Shown in pieces: positions 38,696 through 48,050 of a DNA stretch of 64,000 bases (positions are counted from its first letter, which is position 1; each line of letters begins with the position of its first letter). The notes under the pieces were generated by a model. The model did no database searches, had not been told where the DNA came from, and saw nothing but the letters and a program-made list of their open reading frames with translations. This DNA comes from an uncultured Verrucomicrobiae bacterium (GTDB lineage Bacteria > Verrucomicrobiota > Verrucomicrobiia > Chthoniobacterales > JAFAMB01), in contig CAVXLD010000001.1 in assembly GCA_963762565.1 (NCBI GenBank), positions 640,001-704,000 on the forward strand, written 5' to 3'. The position numbers were made by a program, and so were the translations under genes.

Positions 38696-39109
38696 AGCGG
38701 TTTTTTCGTTCTCGTCCTTCCGCCTTCGCCAGGGCCTTTATTGTGGAGCGCGCCTCGCTTGCGAGGCCGACCTCCAGCGGGTGTCGCGATAGAACTTGGG
38801 CTACGGCGGACAGGCTGTCGTCGATTGGGGCCGGACGAGGTCTGTAATCCGGAGCGGCCGTATCTATAACCTACTGGTCCCATACGTCCTATTGGTCCCA
38901 TCCGAACCGCGGTCCCTCGCTAGGCCGAACCGAATCGCAGACCACGTCCAGCGGCCCCGATCGACGACGAGGACGAGAACGAGAACGAAAGCCGCGAGCG
39001 GTGAACAGTTGAACCTGTACAGATGAACAGATTTCCGTTTGCATCAGCCACGCTTCTCCTCGACCCTTGACCCCGGTAAGGAACTAAAACTGCTAGCCGA
39101 ATTAAATTA

Positions 39110-40744
39110 ATGAGTCAGGAGCCCAACAACCGGACATTTAAGAGCGGCGCCGGCGACAGTGCTGCGCATTCCATGCAGGGTCAGGCGGATTTCAAACCGG
39201 AGCCGGAGCAACTGGGTGAACTGCCTTCGGGCTATGGAGACATGTTCGTAGTCGCACGCGACCCGCATTGGCTCTTTACCTACTGGGACTTCGACTACTC
39301 AAAGTTCCCTGGCCAACGTCACCTCGGCTTGCAAGTCTTCCGAGATGACACCCTTGAAACGACCGTCGAAATCAACGAGATCGCGCGGAATTGGTACATA
39401 CCGGTTCAAAGCGCGAACGCGAGCTACCGGGTAGTTTTCGGGTACAAGGACAGCAACGGCACCTGGCATGCGGTCGGTCAGGCTGGTCCAACTCATACTC
39501 CGCCGGAAGCAATCAGTATGCAGTGGGATACAATGTTTGCGACGGTCCCGATTCATTTGACTTTTAATTTGCTGGTTGACGTCGTGGAAGCGGCTAAGAG
39601 ACGCGGCGAACCGCTAGCCGAGGCCTTGGCCCGGTTGCAGCAGGCGGCATTCAATGGCGGGAGCCGTTCTCCTAACTGGGGTCCAGCACAGCTACAAATT
39701 CTGGAAGCATTGCTCGGGAAAGACCTGTTGGCCCGGTTGTCGTCGATGGATTCAACGCAACTGTCGACGCTCCTTCGAACCGATATTTCGACGGAGACCA
39801 GCTCAGAGTCAGCCAGCGAGCTGGTGGCTAAGAGCCGGCTTGCCCAACTTTTAGTGCCGCCGGAATCCAGTCTTTTCAGCGGCGGAGTATTCGGAGCTGC
39901 TTTATCCAGCGAATTGTTTCAAAGCGGCCAGACACTAAGTTCTGCCGGGCTAAGCTCGGCCGAGCTGGTCTCGCAGCTTAGCAGCATGGGTTTTAGCTCG
40001 GCTGAGCTGGTCACGCGCCTAAGCAGCATCGGTTTGAGCTCCGCGGAAATTGTCGCCGCCTTGAGCAGTGCAGCCCTAAGTAGTGAAACTTTAAGTAGTG
40101 CTGGGCTTAGCAGCGCAGAACTCAGCTCGATCGGTTTGTTTTCTCAATTACAAATCAATCTGGCCGAACTAAGCTCGCTTGGCTTGAGCTCGCTTGGCTT
40201 GAGCTCGCTCGGCTTAAGCTCGTTCGAACTGAGCTCAGCTGGGTTAAGTTCGGAACGGTTGAGTGCGCTACAGGTGGCGGCACTAGAGATGGGAGCTGTA
40301 AGTTCGGAGCAACTTAGCTCGGCTTGGTCAAGCAGCTGGAGCGGTCTGGAGTTTGGTCTCTCAAGTTGGAGCGAATTGATCTCCGAAAGCAGCTTGTTCA
40401 GCGCGGTCGGCGCGAGTTGGGGCGGCGAGTCGTTTGGGCTGACTCAGCGCGAGTTTTTCATGCACGTGAACGCAGAAGTGATCTTTTACGGAGGAACTCA
40501 TCCCCAAGCACAGGTCACGGTGGCTGGCCAACCAATCGTCCTCCAACCGGACGGAACATTCCGTTATCATTTCATTTTCCCGGATCATGATTTCGAGATC
40601 CCGATCGTAGCCGTCTCTCCGGACGGTAAAGAAACACGGTCGGCAACCTTGTTCTTCCGGCGAGAAACGACCCGGCAGGGCGAAGTCGGGCACACGGCGC
40701 AGCCGCCCTATCTGGCGGAGCCGATGGGAGCGGTGGAGAAGTGA
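39110..40744 (+). CDS. DUF4912-type protein with long Ser-rich repeat insert
   Basis: ELPSGYG, ARDPHWLFTYWD, ARNWYI; C-terminal FFMHVNAEVIFYGGTHP...DGTFRYHF. Confidence 0.85.
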   Translation: MSQEPNNRTFKSGAGDSAAHSMQGQADFKPEPEQLGELPSGYGDMFVVARDPHWLFTYWDFDYSKFPGQRHLGLQVFRDDTLETTVEINEIARNWYIPVQSANASYRVVFGYKDSNGTWHAVGQAGPTHTPPEAISMQWDTMFATVPIHLTFNLLVDVVEAAKRRGEPLAEALARLQQAAFNGGSRSPNWGPAQLQILEALLGKDLLARLSSMDSTQLSTLLRTDISTETSSESASELVAKSRLAQLLVPPESSLFSGGVFGAALSSELFQSGQTLSSAGLSSAELVSQLSSMGFSSAELVTRLSSIGLSSAEIVAALSSAALSSETLSSAGLSSAELSSIGLFSQLQINLAELSSLGLSSLGLSSLGLSSFELSSAGLSSERLSALQVAALEMGAVSSEQLSSAWSSSWSGLEFGLSSWSELISESSLFSAVGASWGGESFGLTQREFFMHVNAEVIFYGGTHPQAQVTVAGQPIVLQPDGTFRYHFIFPDHDFEIPIVAVSPDGKETRSATLFFRRETTRQGEVGHTAQPPYLAEPMGAVEK

Positions 40745-41133
40745 GAGGTGAGAAGTGATTGGTGAGAGGTGATTGGCCTAGCCGCGAAGCGGCTCAAGAT
40801 AAGTGTAGGCCCATCGCCCGGGAGGGATCGCGTCCTCGCGATCCGTGGTTACCGAAGCCGAGGATGTGTTATGATCGCGGATGAAAATACATCTTTGAGT
40901 TGTGGCACGTCCTCGCGGCGCGCGGGGACGCGCGCCCTCCCCGATTTGCACCCTGCGAACGCCGGGTTGGAGATGCTCTTTCAGGGCGCTTGCATCGACC
41001 CGATCACCCAGGGCTAAAGAAGCCCTGGGCTATGATCTATAACCGCTTCGCGGTAAATGCGAAGTCACCCAAGGCGAACCTCCGCCCTGTCCAGGCTTCG
41101 CCGGTATTAGTCAGCGGAAAAAGAGAGCAAATT

Positions 41134-41817
41134 TTACCCTATCGCTGTAATAAACGCGTCGGACGTCGATACAGCGCCAAAGACGCCTCCTTGCATCTTT
41201 ATCATCTTGAGAGCGGCTAGATAGTTGCCGTAGTCGGTTGCACCGGTGCAATCGGCGAGCAGCAGGCATTCATAGCCTCGGTCGTTGGCTTCGCGCATGG
41301 TGGTATGAACACACACATCGGTAGTGATGCCGGCCAAAACGATATTTTTTATCCCTTTCTGGCTCAGCAACATTTCGAAGTCGGTCGCGTAAAACGATCC
41401 TTTGCCCGGTTTGTCTATCACGACTTCACCGCGCAATGGCGCCAGTTCCGGAATTATCTCCCACCCCGCTTCTCCCCGGGTCAAAATGCGCCCGCAAGGC
41501 CCCTGGTTACCAATTCCGGCGCCGATCCGCAGGCTGCGCCATCGTTTGTTTGCAGGTAGATCCGACAAATCGGGGCGATGCCCTTCCCGGGTGTGCATGA
41601 CATGGAACCCAAGCCGGCGTGTGGCCGCTAGAACCCGCTGGATAGGCTCGATTGGAGCCCGCGTCAGCGAAAGATCATAACCCATCTTATCGACGTAGCC
41701 ACCGGGTCCGCAGAAGTCAGTTTGCATATCGATGACGACAAAAGCGGTGTTCGCGGGGCGTAGGTCACCATTGTATGGCCACGGATACGGGTCGGCCTCA
41801 ACCTGCGTTTGTTGCAT
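41134..41817 (-). CDS. biuH: Biuret hydrolase (isochorismatase-like cysteine hydrolase)
   Basis: [48 protein letters not shown] as in characterised BiuH. Confidence 0.92.
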   Translation of the reverse strand: MQQTQVEADPYPWPYNGDLRPANTAFVVIDMQTDFCGPGGYVDKMGYDLSLTRAPIEPIQRVLAATRRLGFHVMHTREGHRPDLSDLPANKRWRSLRIGAGIGNQGPCGRILTRGEAGWEIIPELAPLRGEVVIDKPGKGSFYATDFEMLLSQKGIKNIVLAGITTDVCVHTTMREANDRGYECLLLADCTGATDYGNYLAALKMIKMQGGVFGAVSTSDAFITAIG

Positions 41818-41846
41818 GTCAGACGATGGCGCAGTTCAGGGGCCGA

Positions 41847-43430
41847 TCAATTGGCTGGCTCCGGAAGCTCAGAGTGCGCTTCGGGAATCTTAACCGTACC
41901 GGTTACAGGCACCGAGAGTTTCGAACAGACAAGGAGAACAACCGCCACCGCCAGGTAGCTCAAAGCTACAGCCGGCGACTGTCCGAAGCCGATTTTTTCG
42001 CCATGGATAAATCCAAAGAAAGCGAGCACTGCACCTGCCAGCGCAAAAACTACGGCCCTGATGAATTGTCGATCAATAATGAAGACAGCGATGGCGCCCA
42101 GGATGAGACCGGCCAGAATCGCTCCGCCACCCAGAACTTCTAAACCGCGATAGAGCACACCTTTGTCGCCCAGTTTATCGAAACCGACGGCCGCCGCACT
42201 TGTCCCCGCCGCAGTAAACGCGTTATCAATCTGAAGTTTACCCCACGCTGCTAAGTGCGGCATTAACGCCAGAACAATTGCCGGGGCATGACTTTTCGGA
42301 GTCTCCTGAAATGCCTGTGCCCCGATGAGCATACCGATGTACAAGAGGATCGGTGATATGGCCACCACCGGAACCAGAGCCATCATCAACGAGATGATGC
42401 CGAACCAGGAAAGAATGATCACCATGATGCCGGTAGCCGCGGAATAGCCAATCCTTCCTCCCATCGCTTTCCATCCGGGATGACCAATGTAGACCGCGTT
42501 GATGAAGGGATTTCCCATCAGGCAGCCGACCAAGCTCACGACGCCATCAGCGGTCAAAACTCGAGTAGTGGGAAAACTATCGCCGGCCACGGAGGCACTC
42601 TCGACGTTATCCATGGCCTCAACCAAATCGTAGATGCCGAAAGGAATCGCCGTCACCAGGATCACCCCAAGAAATTGAAAACCGGAAAACACATGGCCTA
42701 CTGCCGGGATGGGGACCGAAAACCCAAAATTAGCAAAGGCTTTCCCGAGATTTTCTATCTTCATATCGCCGTAACCGAGACCAAAGAGATTCGAACCCCA
42801 GGCGATAAGGCAACCAACAGCAATCGCGACTAATCCAGCTGGCACGCCGCGAAAATAGCGGACACCGCCAAACCAACTGGCCAAAATAATGGCGAAGCAA
42901 GTGACTCCAATGACGGGTGTCATGAACATCTCCAGAGCCGGGCGCATTGAGATAAAGGCAACGGAGACGCCTGCCAGCGTGCCTAGAAGCGCAGCCCGAG
43001 GAGTAATTTTGCGAATGATCGGTGCGATGAATCCTCCGGCCATGAGCACAAAGCTTTGAACAAAAACCCAAGTCAGTCCGGCTTCCCAGCCTTTCACCGG
43101 ATCTCCCGTTTTAGTAGCGATCGGGAACATGATCACGAATGTGACCACGAACATGTGAGGGACGCTGATGCCGGAGGGAAGCGCACAGACATCATCTCGC
43201 CCTGTGCGTTTAGCTAAGCGGTAAGCCAGCCAAGCGTAGTAAAGCGTACTTAGGCACAGCATCAAACCGGTCGCCGGCAGGATCCTCCTAAAGACGAGAT
43301 CGTCCGGCATCTTCAGCACGCCCCGCAACAGCCCGGTCAGAACGAGCAGATTGACCAGGATATTTGTACCAAAGCCGAAGAAGGCATTCCAGTCGCCTGG
43401 CGCCCATAGGTTAGGCTTAGTTCTAGTCAT
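41847..43430 (-). CDS. NCS2/AzgA-like nucleobase-type permease
   Basis: Many TM segments; ALPSGIS, VESASVAGD, YIGHPGWKAMG. Confidence 0.85.
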   Translation of the reverse strand: MTRTKPNLWAPGDWNAFFGFGTNILVNLLVLTGLLRGVLKMPDDLVFRRILPATGLMLCLSTLYYAWLAYRLAKRTGRDDVCALPSGISVPHMFVVTFVIMFPIATKTGDPVKGWEAGLTWVFVQSFVLMAGGFIAPIIRKITPRAALLGTLAGVSVAFISMRPALEMFMTPVIGVTCFAIILASWFGGVRYFRGVPAGLVAIAVGCLIAWGSNLFGLGYGDMKIENLGKAFANFGFSVPIPAVGHVFSGFQFLGVILVTAIPFGIYDLVEAMDNVESASVAGDSFPTTRVLTADGVVSLVGCLMGNPFINAVYIGHPGWKAMGGRIGYSAATGIMVIILSWFGIISLMMALVPVVAISPILLYIGMLIGAQAFQETPKSHAPAIVLALMPHLAAWGKLQIDNAFTAAGTSAAAVGFDKLGDKGVLYRGLEVLGGGAILAGLILGAIAVFIIDRQFIRAVVFALAGAVLAFFGFIHGEKIGFGQSPAVALSYLAVAVVLLVCSKLSVPVTGTVKIPEAHSELPEPAN

Positions 43431-43459
43431 AACTGATTCTCAACGTGTTAGTCCTGATT

Positions 43460-44167
43460 TCACACCGGCGCTCGATGCGCCGGCGCGTCCTTGCCAAGAG
43501 CAGCGAGCAGGCGGGCCGAGTTCGATACCCAGCCGAAGATGCCGCCTTGTGCCTTGATCATTTTCAATCCCATGTCCTGAAATTCCGGAAAGTAGGAGCC
43601 AACACAGTCTTCCAACACCAGGCATTCGTAACCCCGGTCATTCGCTTCACGCACGGTGGTGTTAACGCAGACCTCTGTGGTGACTCCGGTGACCACCAGC
43701 TTCTGAATTCGACGATTCTGGAGGATGGCCTGGAGGTCAGTCCCGAAAAACGCGCCCTTCCCTGGCTTATCCACGACTGGCTCCGAAACCAGTGGATATA
43801 ACTCGGGAATGATGTCGTGTCCGGCTTCGCCGCGGACCAAGATGCGCCCCATCGGTCCATGGTCGCCGATCGAAATCTTGCTTCGGCCCCGTTCCCTTTT
43901 TGAAGGCGGAAGGTCGCTCAGATCTGGGCGATGACCTTCCCGAGTATGGATAACCTGGAGACCGGCCGCTCGCCAGATCGTCAGAAGTTGCCGATTGGGT
44001 TGTATGGTCCGCCGGAGTCGTGAAACATCATTGCCGAGCATTTCCCCGAAGCCGCCTGGCTCCAGAAAATCACGCTGCATATCGATGATCAAAAGGGCGG
44101 TATAAGCCGGGTTGAACTCGTAAACGTAAGGCTCGGCCTCTACGCTCACGGTGCTGCTCAGGTTCAT
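43460..44167 (-). CDS. trtA: Triuret hydrolase (cysteine hydrolase)
   Basis: IDMQRDFLEPGGFGEMLGND, TTEVC, SYFPEF, QGGIFG: TrtA-type F/L/N/E/Y/I residues. Confidence 0.82.
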   Translation of the reverse strand: MNLSSTVSVEAEPYVYEFNPAYTALLIIDMQRDFLEPGGFGEMLGNDVSRLRRTIQPNRQLLTIWRAAGLQVIHTREGHRPDLSDLPPSKRERGRSKISIGDHGPMGRILVRGEAGHDIIPELYPLVSEPVVDKPGKGAFFGTDLQAILQNRRIQKLVVTGVTTEVCVNTTVREANDRGYECLVLEDCVGSYFPEFQDMGLKMIKAQGGIFGWVSNSARLLAALGKDAPAHRAPV

Positions 44168-44238
44168 GGCAGTGGGGATGTTTCCGGCACTCGCTCAAAA
44201 CGAAAACCGTCAGTGAACGAAGGCGCCAGACCCCGTAA

Positions 44239-44254
44239 AGCATCACGGATGCCA
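44239..44254 (-). promoter_or_regulatory. Putative sigma-54 promoter of the trtA operon
   Basis: TGGCATCCGTGATGCT, GG-N10-GC, about 70 nt upstream of the ATG. Confidence 0.5.
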
Positions 44255-44277
44255 TACGGCGCGAGATTGTTGCGAAT

Positions 44278-44461
44278 GTGGAGTGTGCCTCGCTTGCGAG
44301 GCAGTGGTGAGCAACGCCGTCGATCGCGTACGCCTGTCGTCTAGATACGCTCTTCCGCGTGGAGAGCTATATATTGGGGTGGCAGAGCGCAGATGAAAAT
44401 GAGGTGCGCATCACGATATTCCCTTGCTTACCACGGCCTCGCAAGCGAGGCAGCGCTCCAC
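44278..44461. repeat. REP-like family 2 (GTGGAGCGCGCCTCGCTTGCGAGGCC); copies 55301-55547, single ends 8549-8574, 18621, 38743
   Basis: Inverted palindromic ends. Confidence 0.85.
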
Positions 44462-44522
44462 GGAACGCTTGCCTCGCCAAAGCAGTTGACTGTTTTTACT
44501 CGTTCAGAACAAATTCCGGCAC

Positions 44523-46361
44523 ATGAAGGACTTATCGGGTCTGTCTTTGGATATCGTCACATTGCGGAGCGGTTACCGTTCTGGTGCTTTCACTCCTACG
44601 GATATCATCGAAGAAATTTATCGACGGATTCGAGCATTAGAGAACAACCCAGTGTGGATCTATCTTGTCCCGAAAGCGGTCGCAATCGCAGCAACCAAAG
44701 CGTTGCCCGATTTAACGAACAAACCGCTGTTTGGGATTCCTTTTGCTGTCAAAGACAACATCGATGTGGCCAACCTTCCAACTACCGCGGGCTGTCCTGA
44801 GTTCAGTCATGTGGCGGAAGAGAACGCGACCGTTGTACAGCGACTTCTCGACGAAGGCGCTATCCTGATCGGCAAAACAAACCTCGATCAATTCGCGACA
44901 GGGCTGGTCGGCGTTCGCTCGCCTTACGGCGCCTGCCGAAACCCATTTGATCCGGACTATATTTCCGGTGGCTCAAGCTCCGGCTCCGCCGTGGCGGTGG
45001 CAGCGGGTTTGGTGAGTTTTGCCCTCGGCACTGATACGGCAGGCTCGGGGCGGGTCCCGGCTGCCTTCGCTAATATTGTCGGCCTGAAGCCGACTAAGGG
45101 AGTTTTGAGTACGAGAGGCGTGGTGCCAGCCTGCCGGTCATTGGATTGTGTCTCGATCTTTTCTTTGACTCCGGATGATGCGGAAACGGTGTTTGAGGTC
45201 GCCGCGACTTATGACCCTCAAGATTCGTACTCGCGGCAATATCATCCGACGGCAACACCGGCAAAGACTTGGCGCATCGGTGTTCCGCTCGACCTACAGC
45301 TTGACCAAGTCGAGGACCAATACCGCAGGCTGTTCACGGAAGCGATGAACCGTTTCAGGTCACTCGGCCATACGATCGTCACCATCGACGCCAAACCATT
45401 TTTGGAAGTAGCCAACCTGCTTTATGGCGGGCCCTGGGTAGCAGAACGTTTCGCGGCGGTCGGCAAATTTGTTAAAGATCATTTGGACTCCGTGCACCCG
45501 GTCGTGCGCGAAATCATCCTGGGTGGAGAAAAGTTCACCGCGGTCGACGCGTTTAACGCGCAATATCGCCTGGAACAGCTTCGACAAGAAACCCTCACGG
45601 CTTGGGAGTCGATCGACGTTTTACTCCTGCCGACAGCGCCAAATATTTATCGCAGCGAAGAGATTGAACGAGAACCCGTTTCCCTAAACAGCCGGCTTGG
45701 AATCTTTACCAATTTCACCAATCTGCTCGACTTAGCGGCCATCGCAGTCCCAGCCGGATTCCGCAGCGACGGCTTACCCTTTGGCATCACGCTGCTAGGC
45801 CTCGGCTTTTCGGAACACGGGCTCTTCGCTCTGGCGAAGAGTTATCTGGAATCACTTCTTCCGGCTCTGGGAGCGAGCAAAGCCACCTATCCCGCAGCCC
45901 AACCGCAACCGGGCGGACTCCAGACTCGACCGGATGGGGTCATGCTGGCGGTGGTAGGTGCTCACCTAACCGGCGAGCCGTTAAACTACCAACTCCCGGA
46001 CCTGAGCGCTCGGTTTGTTGCCTGCACCAGGACAGCTCCTATCTATCGCCTGTTCGCGCTCCAGGGTACTTCACCAGCTAAACCCGGTCTGGTCCAAGTG
46101 AACCCGGGAACCGGTTCCTCGATCGAGGTGGAGGTCTGGGAAATGCCGGTTCACGAATTCGGTAAATTTGTACAAAGCGTTCTCTCTCCACTGTCGATCG
46201 GCACGGTTCACCTTGAGAACGGGCAGCAGGTAAAAGGTTTCCTCTGTGAGGGCATCGCAACAAACGGTGCAGCGGATATCACTGAGTTTGGCGGCTGGAA
46301 GAATTATCTTAAGAACCTCAGTGACCCCAGCCCGGAAGTACCTGGGCACAATTCCGACTGA
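44523..46361 (+). CDS. atzF: Allophanate hydrolase
   Basis: AVKDNID, GKTNLDQFATGLVG, GGSSSGS, GTDTAGSGRVPA, C-terminal AVVGAHL...GGW domain. Confidence 0.95.
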   Translation: MKDLSGLSLDIVTLRSGYRSGAFTPTDIIEEIYRRIRALENNPVWIYLVPKAVAIAATKALPDLTNKPLFGIPFAVKDNIDVANLPTTAGCPEFSHVAEENATVVQRLLDEGAILIGKTNLDQFATGLVGVRSPYGACRNPFDPDYISGGSSSGSAVAVAAGLVSFALGTDTAGSGRVPAAFANIVGLKPTKGVLSTRGVVPACRSLDCVSIFSLTPDDAETVFEVAATYDPQDSYSRQYHPTATPAKTWRIGVPLDLQLDQVEDQYRRLFTEAMNRFRSLGHTIVTIDAKPFLEVANLLYGGPWVAERFAAVGKFVKDHLDSVHPVVREIILGGEKFTAVDAFNAQYRLEQLRQETLTAWESIDVLLLPTAPNIYRSEEIEREPVSLNSRLGIFTNFTNLLDLAAIAVPAGFRSDGLPFGITLLGLGFSEHGLFALAKSYLESLLPALGASKATYPAAQPQPGGLQTRPDGVMLAVVGAHLTGEPLNYQLPDLSARFVACTRTAPIYRLFALQGTSPAKPGLVQVNPGTGSSIEVEVWEMPVHEFGKFVQSVLSPLSIGTVHLENGQQVKGFLCEGIATNGAADITEFGGWKNYLKNLSDPSPEVPGHNSD

Positions 46362-46371
46362 GCGCGAATGT

Positions 46372-46623
46372 TGTCCCGGAGGGACTTTGTGATGGTAGCC
46401 TGGCATGAAATGCCTGGAAACCGTGCATTACCAACGCCCCGTCCCGTAGGGAACGGTATGATCAGAAGGGCTATTTGATTCGGAACACTTCATTCGGTTG
46501 CGCGTCCACGTGAATCCGATCTGTCGAGCGCCACCAATCATACCGTCCCTCCGGGACGGATCGTGTGGGGTGCGTTTCCCAGGCATTTCATGCCAGGCTA
46601 CCATCGTAAAGTCCTCCGGGACA
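46372..46623. repeat. Long palindromic REP-like element (GTCCCGGAGGGAC / TAGCCTGGCATGAAATGCCTGG)
   Basis: About 48-bp imperfect outer inverted arms plus inner GTCCCGTAGGGA pair. Confidence 0.8.
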
Positions 46624-46792
46624 CAAACCTTACCTGACACTTGCCCACAAAATCGGCGCCACATCACTAGGCCCGACCGGGTTCGAGGACGAGAACGACG
46701 ACGAGGACGAGGACGAAGCCCTCAGGAGTGGCGGCCGACGTCGTAGCATCAGTATTGTTCGTTGACGTAATCTTTAGTACACTCGAGGGCAC

Positions 46793-47686
46793 ATGGGGTT
46801 CCCGAAAAAGGATCGTCTTTTAGAGCGGTTCATTCAGTACCAAGAAGTCGAGCGCTCAGCTTCTCCGCGAACTATCATTGCTTATCGCCACGCGCTCCTG
46901 CGGTTTAAACAGTTCCGCGATGTGAGCTGGGATACCGCCACGGCCGCCGATTTTCGGTTGTTCCTGCTCGAGTGCATGAAATCCGGGATGGCTCGCAGCT
47001 ATGTGCGTCTGACTTTCGCTGCGCTCAGGAGTTTTTATCGTTTCCTGACAGAACGAGCCGGGTTCAGCAATAATCCGTTAAAGGAAGTCCAGCTGCCCAA
47101 GCTGGAGAAAAAACTGCCGGTCGTTCTTTCGGTCAATCAAGTGGACGAATTGTTGAAGCAGCCGAGCCGCACCGACAGGAAAAATCAAGCTCCGGCTTGG
47201 GCAGCCGCCCGAGATGCAGCGATCTTGGAGCTGCTCTATAGCAGCGGACTGCGACTAGCCGAATTAGTGGCTCTGAACGTCGGCGACGTCGATCTTTACA
47301 CGGAATCAGTTCGTGTTTTCGGCAAAGGCAGGAAGGAACGAGTTGTCCCGGTAGGTATGCCTGCGTTAGAAGCGATTCAGAAATACCGGTCGCAAGCGAG
47401 CGTTCATAGCGGCCCGCTTTTTATCAGCAAACTCCGAAAACGGATTACTGCTCGCTCCGTGTGGATGATTCTGAAGAAACATCTGAGCGAGACGTCGATC
47501 CAGTTGCCCGCGACTCCGCACAAGCTCAGGCACAGCTTTGCCACTCATCTGTTAGAGAATGGCGCGGATCTTCGCAGCGTGCAGACTCTGCTGGGTCACG
47601 AAAGCCTTTCTACGACCCAGATCTATACGCATGTCACGGTTGAGCGCCTGAAGAAGGCGTACGACGAGGCACATCCGCGAGCCTGA
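46793..47686 (+). CDS. xerC: Tyrosine recombinase XerC/XerD
   Basis: SGLRLAE, GKGRKER, PHKLRHSFATHLL, LLGH, TTQIYTHV. Confidence 0.88.
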   Translation: MGFPKKDRLLERFIQYQEVERSASPRTIIAYRHALLRFKQFRDVSWDTATAADFRLFLLECMKSGMARSYVRLTFAALRSFYRFLTERAGFSNNPLKEVQLPKLEKKLPVVLSVNQVDELLKQPSRTDRKNQAPAWAAARDAAILELLYSSGLRLAELVALNVGDVDLYTESVRVFGKGRKERVVPVGMPALEAIQKYRSQASVHSGPLFISKLRKRITARSVWMILKKHLSETSIQLPATPHKLRHSFATHLLENGADLRSVQTLLGHESLSTTQIYTHVTVERLKKAYDEAHPRA

Positions 47687-47972
47687 ACCGCAGATGAATT
47701 ATCCGCAGATTACGCAGATTACGTTCTAGAGCGTCGATCCCCGTCCGGACAATAAACGCTCCTCGTCAGTCTACGTGAATTTCCTAGCCCACAGGTTGCC
47801 CGGCCTAAAACCGAAATCTGCGTAATCTGCGGATAATCCATCTTGGCTATCGGCGGTTACGACGAAAGCGCTGCTGACCTGAACGTGCCCTTAACGACCG
47901 ACTATCTGCGTATCTGTGTCCATCTGCGGTTTGAATTTCTGTCTTCGTGTTCATTCGTGTCCATTCGCGGTT
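47686..47972. repeat. Nested gene-less nonamer ends, including the GCAGATTAC type
   Basis: TTATCCGCAGATTACGCAGATT (from 47699) inverted to 47815-47837; outer AACCGCAGATG...CATCTGCGGTT; extra CATTCGCGGTT end. Confidence 0.85.
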
Positions 47973-48050
47973 TAGTTTTGGATTGTTCTCCTGCCCCGGG
48001 GCTTGCGTTGCCGGGGTTCCGGGTGTCACGTACAAGTTTCCTTTTTCGCT

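Noticed and set aside
44232..44260. Hairpin with ACG loop as guanidine-II riboswitch
   Set aside because: Single hairpin, no paired ACGR tetraloops, wrong strand for trtA; better explained as a sigma-54 motif
46793..47686. Tyrosine recombinase as prophage or integron integrase
   Set aside because: Typical XerC/D length and motifs in housekeeping context; no att sites, cassettes or phage genes seen
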